In this document: one piece after another, positions 1 to 11,790 of the stretch | Layout: each line of letters begins with the position of its first letter | Numbering within the stretch: position 1 is the stretch's first letter | Origin: Guillardia theta CCMP2712 | Lineage: Eukaryota > Protista > Cryptophyta | Assembly: GCF_000315625.1 (NCBI RefSeq) | Contig: NW_005434666.1 | Location: 1,119,537 to 1,183,536, forward strand | Reading direction: 5' to 3' | DNA length: 64,000 nucleotides | Translations under genes and position numbers: made by a program | Notes under the pieces: model-generated | Database searches by the model: none | What the model saw: only the letters and a program-made list of their open reading frames with translations | What the model was told of the DNA's origin: nothing

Positions 1-161
1 GAACGAGGGAGGGAGGAGGGAGGGAGAACGAGGGAGGGAGGAGGGAGGGAGAACGAGGAGGATGAGGGATGGAGGGAGAACGAGGGAGTAGGAGGGAGGG
101 TGGTAGAACGAGGAGGGAGGAGAGATGGAGGGAGAACGAGGGAGGGAGGAGGGCGAGAGGG
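1..161. repeat. GA-rich minisatellite (unit ~GGGAGAACGAGGGAGGGAGGA), probably intronic, next to an assembly gap
   Basis: Purine-rich tandem units; the same repeat recurs at ~933-1060; N-run at ~162-261. Confidence 0.85.
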
Positions 162-261
162 NNNNNNNNNNNNNNNNNNNNNNNNNNNNNNNNNNNNNNN
201 NNNNNNNNNNNNNNNNNNNNNNNNNNNNNNNNNNNNNNNNNNNNNNNNNNNNNNNNNNNNN

Positions 262-930
262 ATTCCCCCTCTCGATGCTCTCAAAGAGCTCCATGTAGCT
301 CAAGTCCAGCTCCCCCCCAGCCACACACTCCTCGGGCAGCTGGAAGAAGATCCTCTCCAACCTCCCCTCCCTCTCGATCTCGATGTTCGCCATCCTCTCC
401 CTAAAGAATGCTCCTGCCTTCTCCGTCTGCTTGATCGCCATCCTGATCACTCCGGTGCGATCAAACGCCACCAGGAACGACATGACGAGAAAGTAGCTGA
501 TTCCCTCCTTCACAAGCTCCGCCTCCGAGAGTCCGGTCTTCTCTTGCAGCATGTCGTAGCAGTGAGTGGTTTGCTGCACGATTCCGCTCCACTGCAGGGT
601 AGTGATCATCCGGGCAGGGATGACGTCATCCTGGACGCCCTCCAGGAAGGCGTTGAGACAAGTCGACATGGCGACCTTGAGCCGCGTCCTCATCAGGTTC
701 CTGACCCTCACCGCCTGCGGGCTCCTGTCGGGCGACTGAGAACTGCTCGAGCAAGTCTCGAAGAAGACGCGGGAGAAGATGCGATCCACGAGGTCGAAGA
801 AGTCAGCGGTCGACAGCTCCCACTGGTTGTCGAGGTTGGGGCCGTACATGGCGTCAGCGATCATCATGAACGCGCGGATTATCCCCTCCACCTCGTAGAC
901 GTTGGCAGACGCAATGAGAGAGTTGATGTC
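262..930 (-). CDS. Internal exon of an inositol-1,4,5-trisphosphate/ryanodine receptor-like Ca2+ channel
   Basis: Not in the ORF track. Manual translation gives an open frame DINSLIASANVYEVEG...LKVAMSTCLNAFLEG...MANIEIEREGRLERIFFQLPEEC, resembling the IP3R motifs LKxxASxLLLAxME and IEIVRxDxxxExIxFPVPxxC. CAG acceptor at 933-931; the frame runs into the gap. Confidence 0.7.
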
Positions 931-932
931 CT

Positions 933-1060
933 GAGAGAGGGTTCAGACATGAGGAGAGGAAGAACGAGGGAGGGAGGAGAGATGGAGGGAGAACGAGGGA
1001 GGGAGGAGGGCGAGAGGGAGAACGAGGGAGGGAGGAGAGAGGGAGAGGAGGGAGGACCAG
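933..1060. repeat. GA-rich intronic minisatellite
   Basis: Same GGGAGAACGAGGGAGGGAGGAG units as 1-161. Confidence 0.8.
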
Positions 1061-1295
1061 GATCCATGAAAACTTTTGAGGAAACTAGCTGAGTACGAGG
1101 TTGGGTTCGGGGATGGGAAGGGAGACATTGGGATTGCTCTTGGGATTGAGGGAATTGAATTTTGTGTGGCTCTGATACATTTTGCTGTTAGAGTCTTCTT
1201 GTGAGTTCTTCAACTCATTCAATTAAGATTCTTCATTGATCGTCGTTAGTCCATCCTTACTCATGAAAGAGGCTTGCTCGGCTCAATCAAGTTAG

Positions 1296-3755
1296 ATGGG
1301 TTTTGTTGGATGTTTTGGATGCTTCTCTAGAAAGAAGGTTGCCCCGGAGGAGCTCTCTGAAGGAAACGAGTTGCCCAATGCTTTTCCAACTGAACAGAGA
1401 CATGTCGAGCAGCATGATCCTCCGGATGACCGTACGGACCAGAACCATATAACGGAGAAGAAGCAGAGGGAGCGGGAAAAGCAGCAGGAGCAGAAGGAGG
1501 AGCAGGTGCGGGAGAAGGAGCAGGGGAACAGTAAAGAGGAGCTAGTGCGGGAGCAGGACCGGGAGCAGGACATCGAGGTGTTTTTGGACGACAACAAACT
1601 TTCAAAGAACTCAGAGTTGATAGCAAACAAACTTGAGCCCATGCAGGACATACAAGAGCTGAAAGAGGAATACCTCCTGCATAAGATTTCTACCATAGGT
1701 GGTGAGTCACAGGCGGAAAGAGAGCGCAAGGAGACAATTCTTTTGTGTCATAGTCGATGCCGTCTTGCAGTCAAGTCGACAAGATTCCAAGTTGTCACTG
1801 AGAAACGGCCCAACACTCTATCAGGCCGCTCGGAAGTCTTTCGGCATGCAGTCAGATGTATTGTCTTAGTGGACTACCATGCCACCAAGTCTGTTGACTT
1901 CGAGGCTTCCCTGAGTTTCATCAAGGTGCTGAGAAAGCCTGTCTTTGCGACGAAGTTAGACTCTTACTTCAACCCTACTGGATCTGTCGCTGCAATCTGT
2001 AAAGCCTACGGTACTTGGTTCAACTCGTGGGACGAGCTGGCAAAGGAGCTCAAAGTGGCTGACAGCTTTACGTTTGAGGATGCAGACACTGTGGAAAAGG
2101 AGAATTCATTCGAAGAAACCAAGGCTGGAGAATCGCCGGAGAGCGAGAAGAACGAGGAGCTTGAGCAGAGACACGATCTTTTCTTCTCTGCTTGCGAGGA
2201 CGAGGGAAGATTGATTGCCAAACATCTAGAGCAAGATGTGCTGGTGCAGGGTTTGTTCTCGCACATTCAAAGGAGCACTGGGCACATGGATCGAGACATG
2301 GACCTGATCAAGAGGTCGAAGCTCGTGGTCTTCGTCATCACAGAAGGAACCGCCTGGTCCTCCCTGCAGCTCATCCACCTGGAGGCTGCTCGGAGCTGGA
2401 AGAGGCAACTTCTGCCCATCAAGCGGGAAGGAGTGCCTTTGGGTGACGGTTGGCTCAGCCTAGCGTTAGCTGGAAAGCTCTACTACGAGATCGATCCCTC
2501 CGACCTGAGCAAACTTCGAGTGCCGTTCAAGGAGAACCCAAACTCTCCCATCCGGATCGCCGACTCCACACCAGCGATTGAGATGCTGAGAGCTGCACAA
2601 GCTCTCATGCTGTTGGCCAACCGCAAAGTCATCGATTACGATCATCTCTTTGAGGAGCGCAACGAGCAGATTGTCTCTATCTACAAGCAGGAGGCGCTTG
2701 CGGCGGGCGTGAAGGAGGAAGAGGCAGAAACAATCTGTAATCATCTGGACGTGTCACCAGCTTCGAGTGTCCTGGAGGAAGCGAATGCTGCTGCATCTGT
2801 GACGGAAGAGCAGGTTTCTGGTTTCCCTCCCGCTGTAGAACTTCTTCCTGCTCAACAAGCGCTTCAGATGACCGATATTCGTTACACCATCACCCGCTTG
2901 GAGCACGTTCCTCCCCAAGAAGTCTGCGATGAGTTTGGCATTCCGATCCCAGGCCTCATGTTTGACCTGATGATCTCCTACGAGTGGGGCAGCCAAGAGC
3001 AAGCGATTGACTACTTCTTCCAGCTGCGCATGCAGAACGTCAAGCTCTGGTTCGATGTGATGGGGAACATGCAAGGGAACATGAACGCAGCCATGGCGGC
3101 GGCTGTTGAGAGTGCCGCCTGTCTCTTGGTCCTGCTTTCAGAGCGCTATGAGAAGTCCATCAACTGTCGCCTGGAGCTGGAATATGCTGTGAGCATCAAC
3201 AAGCCCATCGTCTTCCTCTGCCTCCCAAGCTACGACGTGCTCTCTATGGCCGGCTGGATCAAGGAGATCATCGGAGAGCCGATGCAGGTGTATCCTGCTG
3301 CCGAGGGCTCAGCCGAGGTTGCCTCCAAGTACCTCGTGCTTCAAGGATCTGCTCCTTCTGTTCGCGGCGTTCCCCTGCCGAATGTCATAGCCACTGCTGT
3401 CCGCCGCCTCGCACAGCTGAGAAACAGTCGGACCCGTCCGTGCCGAGACGCCACGCCCCTCCTCTTCCTCAAGACGCGGGCGCTGATCTCAGCAGCTGCG
3501 AGCGCGTCGGAGACGTCGGGGATGGTCGTATGCTCGCGGTGCAAGACTCTCTTCAACCCCCTGGTGTCTTCGGAGGGGAAGTGCCGCAAACACTCGAGCT
3601 ACTACATGGGCGGGACGATCATGGCTGGTCGGTGGGTGTGCTGCAACGACAACGACAAGGACGGTCCTGGTTGTACGCCATGCTCGCACATGGCTGAAGC
3701 GAGGACATGGACGTTGATGCAAGGGTATGGCACGCATACTTGGGAACCTGCTTAG
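1296..3755 (+). CDS. Intronless multi-TIR (TIR_2-like) protein with N-terminal acylation motif and C-terminal Cys/His zinc-binding motif
   Basis: 819-aa ORF. Clear TIR FDLMISYEW...LWFDV...LLVLLSERYEKSINCRLELEYA..KPIVFL, plus two degenerate TIR-like blocks upstream. Starts MGFVGCFGCF; ends CxxC..CRKH..RWVCC..GCTPCSH. Confidence 0.8.
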   Translation: MGFVGCFGCFSRKKVAPEELSEGNELPNAFPTEQRHVEQHDPPDDRTDQNHITEKKQREREKQQEQKEEQVREKEQGNSKEELVREQDREQDIEVFLDDNKLSKNSELIANKLEPMQDIQELKEEYLLHKISTIGGESQAERERKETILLCHSRCRLAVKSTRFQVVTEKRPNTLSGRSEVFRHAVRCIVLVDYHATKSVDFEASLSFIKVLRKPVFATKLDSYFNPTGSVAAICKAYGTWFNSWDELAKELKVADSFTFEDADTVEKENSFEETKAGESPESEKNEELEQRHDLFFSACEDEGRLIAKHLEQDVLVQGLFSHIQRSTGHMDRDMDLIKRSKLVVFVITEGTAWSSLQLIHLEAARSWKRQLLPIKREGVPLGDGWLSLALAGKLYYEIDPSDLSKLRVPFKENPNSPIRIADSTPAIEMLRAAQALMLLANRKVIDYDHLFEERNEQIVSIYKQEALAAGVKEEEAETICNHLDVSPASSVLEEANAAASVTEEQVSGFPPAVELLPAQQALQMTDIRYTITRLEHVPPQEVCDEFGIPIPGLMFDLMISYEWGSQEQAIDYFFQLRMQNVKLWFDVMGNMQGNMNAAMAAAVESAACLLVLLSERYEKSINCRLELEYAVSINKPIVFLCLPSYDVLSMAGWIKEIIGEPMQVYPAAEGSAEVASKYLVLQGSAPSVRGVPLPNVIATAVRRLAQLRNSRTRPCRDATPLLFLKTRALISAAASASETSGMVVCSRCKTLFNPLVSSEGKCRKHSSYYMGGTIMAGRWVCCNDNDKDGPGCTPCSHMAEARTWTLMQGYGTHTWEPA

Positions 3756-4299
3756 CAAAAAGGTGACAGGAAGCACAACCACCCTGCATGTAATGACGTA
3801 GCAGTATCAAGTTAACTTGTTGTAATGTTTTCCATGTTATGTAAAGGTGATTAGGTAGAAAGTTGATATCAATCGTAACTTCCGGCGACATTGCGGCATC
3901 GCCCATGTTGTTTGGTATCAAGGTGCTCCAGCGGTAAACATCAAGACTTGAAAGAGCGATATGAATTAAGATAGAAATAATTCACATGTGTTGAGACGAA
4001 TAATAAGAGAAGAACACACAATGCAAGATCGCATCAGAAGCAATCTAACACTTGAAAATCTTTAATGACATCTCCCACTAATATACAAGAAAAACTCAAA
4101 CCCACACGCTCATTTCTTTCTGCTTTCAAAACTCACCCGGCGAGTGGCCATAAAGAGGCCAATAACTGTAAAGCTGTAAGAGCCGAAGAGGGACGGGCGG
4201 GGGCAGGCAGAGAAGTCGGACAAAGAAAGCAGCAGCAAGCTAAGACAGGGAGAGAAAAGAGTATCTTACGGATCTCTGCTGAGATAAAGTAGCGGAGCT

Positions 4300-7200
4300 G
4301 ACGCATTAGGCGCGAATGGGTTGTACAGGGCATCACACGTGAAAGGATCTAAAGCGACGTGAGTGGTTAACCAGCAGGAGAGAAAGGAAGGGCAGAAATA
4401 AGCAAGAAGGAGGGTGAGAGGGAGGGGAAAGGGAGGGAGGGAGAGAGCGGACGATCAGTGAAAGAGTGTGGCTCACTAGGTGTGAAAGCCTCCTCTGCCA
4501 ATAAGATGCCCAACATCCTGACATTCAGCTCGGCATAGTATAAGGTGTCAAAGTCTTCAACTTGCCCCAGCTCTTCGACCACCTGCATCGTGACCATGTC
4601 AGGTCGCAGAGCAGGGAAGCCCAGACCAACATGCTGAGACGGGTCTTGCATCTTAAAGTCGATGTAGTTGTTGTAGGCGTCCTGGAAAGTCTCATTCCCT
4701 GGCTTTCCGTCGATCCACTTCTTCTCCAGCCCTCGTCTCCGCGTCGGTTGACCCGGTCGCCGCGCGTCGATGTCAAGTCCCTGTCACGCTCTTGAGGCAC
4801 TGAGAGCAGTTGGAGCAGGTTGGCAACGGCACCTTCTCACGCACGTACTTCTTGACCCTGACAAGGCTGTGCTCGTCGTAGAGACTCTTTGCCTGCCACA
4901 TGAAATCTTCCATCTACCGCGGGGTCACTCACAATCAGCTTCATGTCTGAGTCCTTACGATGGCGCGCGCCATGTAAGCGTCATTATACTGCGACTCGTT
5001 TGCAAGGATCGAGATGTTGCAGCTGCAGGTCTGTCCGAAAGTTCCTGTCAAAACGAGTTTAGCACAAGACACTCTTTGATAGATTGTGAGTAAAATTCAC
5101 CTTTGGGGATCTTTGTGAAATCCAAATTTCCGTCTTGAATGCAAGGCAAAGGACAGTAGCCCTGTTTGAAGATTTCGTAGATTCTTCCAAACCTGGATCA
5201 AATTTAAAGGAATTGTCTCTCTCTGCTTCATCGCACCTGTTACAGAGTCTGTCTGGAAGTTGCAACGAGAAATCTGAAATGGTCAAGTCCACATCTATCG
5301 GGTTCGGTGAGATAGCTGCTCCGCACGCCTGGTTGCCTGCCCGATGATTTAGATGAAGTTGAAGGCAGATGGAAGCACAGAGGGGAGGGGATGAGAAGAA
5401 AGAGAGAGATAGAGGAAACAGAAGGAAGAGAGGAGGGGGGGACGAAGAGATAGAAGAGATATGGAGGGAGGGTGCAAGCAAGAGAGAAGATGGCCAGCAT
5501 GGGTATGAGGAATGTGGGAGGCATTACCGATGAGCTGAGAGATCGAATTTGGTGGACAACATTCTAGAACGCCTGTTGAGAACTTTACAGACAACTTGCC
5601 CTGAGATCCATTTCGGGGTACCGTTTGCAGGATTCGCTCTAGTTGTCAACCCCAAGTTTGTCCATGAATACTGATGACTCATGAGTTCTGAAGTCTGGTT
5701 GCCAGGCTTTACAACACAAGACTGATTTCGAATCAAGTCGTTCAACTACAGACAGTCATTGCATCATGTAATCCAATAAATCACCGTCATACCAGAGGGC
5801 AAAAAATGCATTCTCCCGTCCGTGGAGACGTTACCTGCATTGCTTTAGAAACATCAAAAACCATAATATTTACATATCCGCTCGCTTCGCATGGTTTCTG
5901 TAAACACAAACCAGTCTTGTTATCTAGTCCCCACTGGCATCCATTGTTGTTCACGAGCTCCGCAGCAATGTCGCATTTGGATCCAAACTGACAAAATTTT
6001 CATGATCGCTGAGAGGATGAGACGAAGCCAAACCTTGTCGCCTCTCACGGACATGGAAAGCTACAAGGTTGGATCAGATGATCTCAATCAACATCTAAAT
6101 GCATTCACACCCATCCAGCACCATTCTGAGGTATGTACTCGGAATCCTCGAGTTTGGATGCTGTGCCTGCAACCCCCGTCAGAGAAGAACACTGGACGAG
6201 AAAGCTTCCTGCGGGCCATTCTTCAGAGATCAGAGGAGCCATCCAGATCTCATCTTCGAGCAGTTGCGAGCGCGACATTCCTGTCCGAGCTCAGGTCTGC
6301 CTCAGAGTCTCTAGCAGTACCGCTAATTGATATCGTCAGCTCGTATCTTGTGTTTGTTTTCCACTTCGTCGATGACAAGAGTGCACAATTCGGCTGTCAT
6401 GGTCAGTTAAGATTTGCGTTCAAGGTTGGACTACCACGCCGCCGCGAGGCTCCACCAGCTTGTGTGCAAAGGAAGAAGTCGTCGAAGATTCGTAAAAATT
6501 GTCGTATCTTCATGAAATCAGTCACTTGCTCTCCAGGTTTTTGTACGAGACCCACCTCATATATTGAAACGACGACGCGTAAAATTCGTCATTCGAAAGA
6601 AAATCTGAAAGCTCCCCGAACTGTAACCTTCGTCAATTAGGACAAGGTGACGAGAAAAAAATCGATATGCGTTCCTGAATAGCTTCGTAAAGAAATTCAA
6701 CTGTTGAGGAGCTCGTAGACGTCGATGTCTTGGGAGAAAAGAACTGCAGATTTGTACCCTGCTCGTACACAACGTTCCCTTCGGTGTTGAACAAAGTTCC
6801 TCCCTCTACAACTTTCTCGACAGAGAACTGCATAAAGGATTAAGTTGAAGATAAGGCCCCCTCAACCTTGCACGTACCTGCATCTGCGATATGTTGATAC
6901 CCGGTGTGGTCAAACAGAATAGAAGGGAGTCAAACTGATACAAGGAGGAGGACATCTCAATCTTCGTTATCGTCTTGGTGCCATTCGCCTTGATAGCGCT
7001 CACCTGCCATGCGGCGTCATGCCTGAAGGAGTGGGAGCATGCGCACCCTGCACTGTTGATGCCCTTGAGGGTCCCACTCGACAGGTTTGCTGCATCTCAA
7101 GCAGAACTGCTGCTGGCAGTAAGCTGAAGCTGTCGGTACAGTGAAGTTGAAAGACTTCCAGGGCTGCAAGGAAAGTTCGTAGCTGCACGCAGATCAGACG

Positions 7201-7415
7201 AGGAGGTGAAAGTGAAGGCAAGTGGGACTGCAGGACGAGAAATGAAAGAAAAGCAAGGTTGAGCGGAGGCTTTGGAAACGCGAGAGGAAGAGGCAGCCAT
7301 GAGACCTGATCACTTGCTGGTCCACATTCATCTGAGTCGACGAAGGATGCAAGCAGAAGAAGAGAACGAGGACCACGAGAGGAAGGCGACGAGGAAAGCA
7401 GAGCGGGAGAGACAT
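4300..7415 (-). CDS. Multi-exon hypothetical protein with predicted signal peptide (boundaries approximate)
   Basis: N-terminus MSLPLCFPRRLPLVVLVLFFCLHPSS; chain of minus-strand coding blocks separated by GT-AG introns; no recognisable domain. Confidence 0.4.
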
Positions 7416-7889
7416 GGCGGGCGGTATGGCGGGAGTAGTAGCAGTTTCTTGGAGAAAAATTGAGCTTTTAAAACTATTTTCCACCGGGGCCGGGCCGATC
7501 ACCGGGTGGGTATCAGTGACTCGGATTCAATGTCCGACATTACAAGTCCGAGTGACTTGTTCAAGCCCGGCCCAGTACGGACTCACTGACTGGTCAGTGG
7601 CCCCCGCCGGCCCGTGCCTAGGTTAGATCTGAGGGGTGGGTGCAGATTGGCTTTTCTAAACTGACGGTTGCAGACAGGGGCGGGGGTCCGAGGTGGCACC
7701 GGTGATCAGTAGACTCGGACGACTACTGTAAGTAGTCACTTGATAGCGAGTACCAACCTACCCCACCTACCTGCCCTCGTCCCTCTATCCGAGACTCCCT
7801 CCATAGTAACTTCCGTAACGCCGACCTCATCGCGCACTTCCCCACTCTTTCCCTCTTGTCCTTCTCCTCCTCCTGTTAATCCTTCCTCC

Positions 7890-9690
7890 TGTGCTTTCCT
7901 CTCTCGATGCAGAAGCATCGTTGAAAGCCCTCGAGTGGGAGATTCGAAGCCTTAAGCAGAACCTCTCTGCAACCCTAAGCGAGCTCCGCACTCTCAACTC
8001 TTCCGTCTCTTCCATGCCGCAGCTGCCCTGGGGCAACCTCATTCTCCCGTACATCTGGTCTCAAATAAACTACAAGGAGTCTTCTGCTACGACATGAGCT
8101 GTGTCTCACATTCAGCCTGCAAGGTATGAGGTCTGGGTTGGCCCGCAGGGCTCTTGCCACTCCTGCCGTCAACCAGTGCCAGTGCATCGGAGGTAAGGCT
8201 TGTGCATGGGGGGTAGTGCCGGTAGGGCTTGTGCGTGAGGAGGGTAGCGCTAGCTCGAGCCGTGTGTGACGAGCAGGATGGTGCGCAGGGTTCTACCTGG
8301 ATGTGGGCCCTCCTGCTCCTCCTGCCCATCCGGTCTCATGTCGCCCTTCGCGAGCTCCTCGCTGCTTGATGTTTCTCGGAAGCATCGCAGGAGAGTCATG
8401 CTCAGACGTCTGCGCGTCAAAACATCTGACATGCGTCGACGAGGCCCGGCCCGTGATCACCGGCAGTCACTTGGTCACTCTTCTCGCCGCATGGAGCATC
8501 ACTGTCTCCCAGTATGGCGGCACTGACAGCGTGGACGCCCCATCCTACAACCCCACCACGGGTCAAGCCTTCTACCGTTACGGCTTGCCCGGCAAGTGCA
8601 AAGCCACCAATGCAAACACCGTTAGAGTGTGTCGATGCACGTGCGCTGACAACCAGTACGGTAAGCGCCGTCCTTCCTCGCTCACAACCACCTCTCACGC
8701 GCCATGCAGGCATGTCAGGCAACTGCTCGTCATGCCCAGCCAACAGTCTGTCGTCCTTTCAAGCTCCGGATCGCTCGAGCTGCATGTGCAACTTCGGTGA
8801 TACAACTTCTACATGACACTGCGAGCGCTGACGAGGCCATGTGCTGGTGTTGCAGGTTACTTCCTCAATGCGTCGGAAGGAGGCTGCAGCCCCTGCCCAG
8901 GTGGCACGTACGCGAGGAGGATGGAGTTTGTCGAGCAAGACTTCGGCAAGGACGGGATCGTGGGATGGCAGGGGACGGATCAAACGTCGAGCTGTGGGGC
9001 CTATGGCTCAGTGCTTGGGGGGCTCAACGTGCTGGCCGAGTACTCGAGTGTGACCAAGACGTTCACCGGCTTGTGCCCGCATGGCTTTGTCTACCTCTGG
9101 ATGAGAGTGGTGCTCATCGACGTGGCTCAGCCCGTGACGCTACGTATGTACGTGAACCGTCAGCTACGTATGTACGTGAACCGTCAGCTACGTATGTACG
9201 TGAACCGTCAGCTACGTATGTACGTGAACCGTCAGGAGGTCTGGAACGAGACGATCTCGGCTGTCTTTCCCGTGTCGTCGAGGTGCGGGAGCAGCAATGG
9301 GGACGGGCTGATCTCTGGATTTAAGCGATTGTATCACACGGAAGACTACATAGAGGTGGGTATCCGAGTAGACTACGACTACCTGCAAGTGGATGCTTCC
9401 ATCGCTAAGACGTTCTGGGGGCTCAAGGAAGTTTCTCTCATACTCCAATGCGCGAGCTCGACTTCAGCTGACTGCAGCATGACGAAACCGTTGGAACAGT
9501 CATGTTCGGATGTGACAGGAAGCGGAGGGAGATGCACGAGGTCAGGCAACTACCTCTTAGTATGTCCACTACTCCAATGACGCTCTGGGATGGTGGGATG
9601 CGGAGTCAAAGTGCAGTAGCATGGGCATTGGAGGACATCCGATCGATGATCTCGCCTACTTCCCGGATGCAGCAACGCAAAGAGCAGTAA
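7890..9690 (+). CDS. Cys-rich extracellular-type protein (GCC2/GCC3, ephrin-receptor-like repeats); multi-exon, possibly degenerate
   Basis: Blocks GESCSDVCASKHLTC, CRCTCADNQYG, CSSCPANS, AGYFLNASEGGCSPCPGGTY. Confidence 0.45.
9139..9234 (+). repeat. 24-bp tandem repeat x4 (GCTACGTATGTACGTGAACCGTCA), in-frame LRMYVNRQ
   Basis: Four exact copies read directly. Confidence 0.95.
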
Positions 9691-9797
9691 AATCGAGTCA
9701 CTGAGTGTGGGAGGCCCGCGGCGAGTTCAAGCTGAGCCTGCCCGGCCCCGCCCGGCCACTCGGCGGCAGTGACCGGGTGACTCGGCGGTGAGACTGC

Positions 9798-9842
9798 GTT
9801 TCAACGTTTCAAAGTTTCAAAGTTTCAAAGTTTCAAAGTTTC
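9798..9842 (+). repeat. 8-bp tandem repeat (GTTTCAAA)n
   Basis: About 5 copies upstream of the protease gene. Confidence 0.85.
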
Positions 9843-10161
9843 GCTGCTAGTCCGAGGGATCATTTGACGTCAGCATGGCAGAAGCAATGAAGCGACGAAG
9901 GTACGAGAAGAGGAGAATATGGTAGAGACGTAGCAGAGACAGCGGAGATAACATACCAGGAAGGCTAAGAGTAGACACGAGCAAGATGCAGAGAGATATG
10001 TGTCATAGCTAATCACGGCGTTCTTGTTCTCTAAACTCACCTTGGTGCTTGGATAGGTGATGTTTGCTGCAAGCACTTATCTTTTAGAGGCCATTGTGAG
10101 CAAAACTGTTCATATTTTCTCCTCATATTGATACAAAGCTATTTCAGGATTGATTGAAGGC

Positions 10162-11790
10162 ATGCAGTCTGCATTGTTTCCATTATTTGCAGCGTGTGTT
10201 GTGTACTTATTCCCCTTGCCATCTTGTGCCATCTCAAAATCTGCATTCGGCAATCTTCCTCCGGCAACAGTTTCACGATTTGTACCTGAAACAAGTCAGA
10301 CATGGAGAGGAAATGATGCTCTGCGCTTTTCCTCCACGTACGCGCAAGGCACAACAGTGCGAGGATTTCTATGCTCGGATTTTGTGCAAGTGGGGCCCTA
10401 TGGATCCTTTTCTCCTTTTTGCTGTGTGACCTCTGTGTCGGGCATGTTTGACGGTTCAGGAATTGCTGGTTTCGCTCCTCCTCCGAAGAAAGATCCCAAC
10501 TCACAGTTCCCTCCTCTTCCTCCTCTCTTCATCAGCCTGGCAAACATCACGGGTCAAGACAGCAGCGCCAGGGATCGCCCTGTTCCAAAACCTGTCTTCT
10601 CATTTCTATCATCTCCTGATGCAGCTGAGCTGCAGTTGGGAGGGTATGACGAGACTTCTGTGTCAGGAAGGATGAGATACATTAGCTCACTTTCGAGGTT
10701 TGCATACGTGGTTCCCATACAGTCCATGTCGATAGGAAATACTCCCATTCTTATCAAGAACAGCAACGAGCAGCTGGCAAAAAAGTTTCAAGCTGGTGCA
10801 ATATTGGATAGCGGCACAAGTTGTATTTGCCTCCCTGACAATGACATGCACGGCTATGCTAAACAATCACCATACAAGAATTTCAAGGATTCATGGCAGA
10901 AAGAAAGTGGAGCTGACATCGAGATCGTTATGGGAACAGGAAGTAAGACTTTTAGTGTGATGATTCCTTCAAGTGTGTGGCTGCCTGGTATGCAGGAGGT
11001 TCAGGGTTGCCTGATGAAAGATTGTCCTAACGATAAAATTATCCTCGGCGACTGGCTGTTTCAGTCGTGGCTCGTGCTCTTTGACTTGGGGCCAACGGCT
11101 TCTGGGAGGACACCACGGATAGGCCTGGCTCCTAGGAAAGATGATTACAATGTGGGTAAGAAGTACTTTCTGCATGAACACTCGTCCGGGGTAACAAAAG
11201 TGGCGATGAAGCGAGAGAAAGTGACGAAACGGTACAACACTCCTGACCTGCCAGGATACTCAGCATCAAAGGAAGAAGTTCCAGATGTCAAGCTCTCTAT
11301 CGTTCGAGATCTGTATTATCTTCTCCCCGTAATGGTTGGACATCCAGCACAGCGCTTTGATGTGGTGTTCGACACTGGATCTTCCTTCTTTGGTCTAGTT
11401 ACTGCTCCTGCTGATTCTGAAGTGGTTCAAGAAGCACTCGTCAAGCTAGGTAAGAATGGCGACGGTAAGCTCAGCAAGCAGCTGCAACGAGAGGTGGATG
11501 AAGCTGAGAGCGTCAAGAAGAGACTTGATGCACAGGTGAGAACATGTCCCTGGTCCTCCGATGCTGAGAAAACATTTGCAGGACAATGGACCGCTGCGAG
11601 AGAGAAAAATGACTGGCCCTGGGCCAGGGATGGTGTGCTCTAGTTGTTGAGATGGAGTTACTCTTGACGTGAAACGCAGGTCGGGATGGGAGTGATCGGG
11701 CTGGTGTGGGGAGTGCTTGTGATCGGAGGCGTTTGTGCCGTCCAGATCGTCAGAAGGCGCCAGCGAAAAGGAGCTGGCGACTGGTTTTGA
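10162..11790 (+). CDS. Pepsin-family (A1) aspartic protease, type I membrane, with permuted motif order
   Basis: Signal peptide; flap FSSTYAQGTTVRGFLCSD; FDGSGIAGF; VFSFL..ELQLGGYD; AILDSGTS; ILGDWLFQSWLVLFD..RIGLA; then YYLLPVMVGHPAQRFDVVFDTGSS. Two short introns precede a TM exon VGMGVIGLVWGVLVIGGVCAVQIVRRRQRK..WF*. Confidence 0.9.

Noticed and set aside
100-1092. 330-aa plus-strand ORF
   Set aside because: Spans an N gap and GA repeats; it is the antisense shadow of the IP3R-like exon
5671-5700. CTGATGA as a hammerhead ribozyme core
   Set aside because: No properly placed GAAA or flanking stems; lies antisense within a coding region
5891-6640. 249-aa plus-strand ORF
   Set aside because: No recognisable motifs; overlaps the spliced minus-strand gene and is likely a shadow ORF
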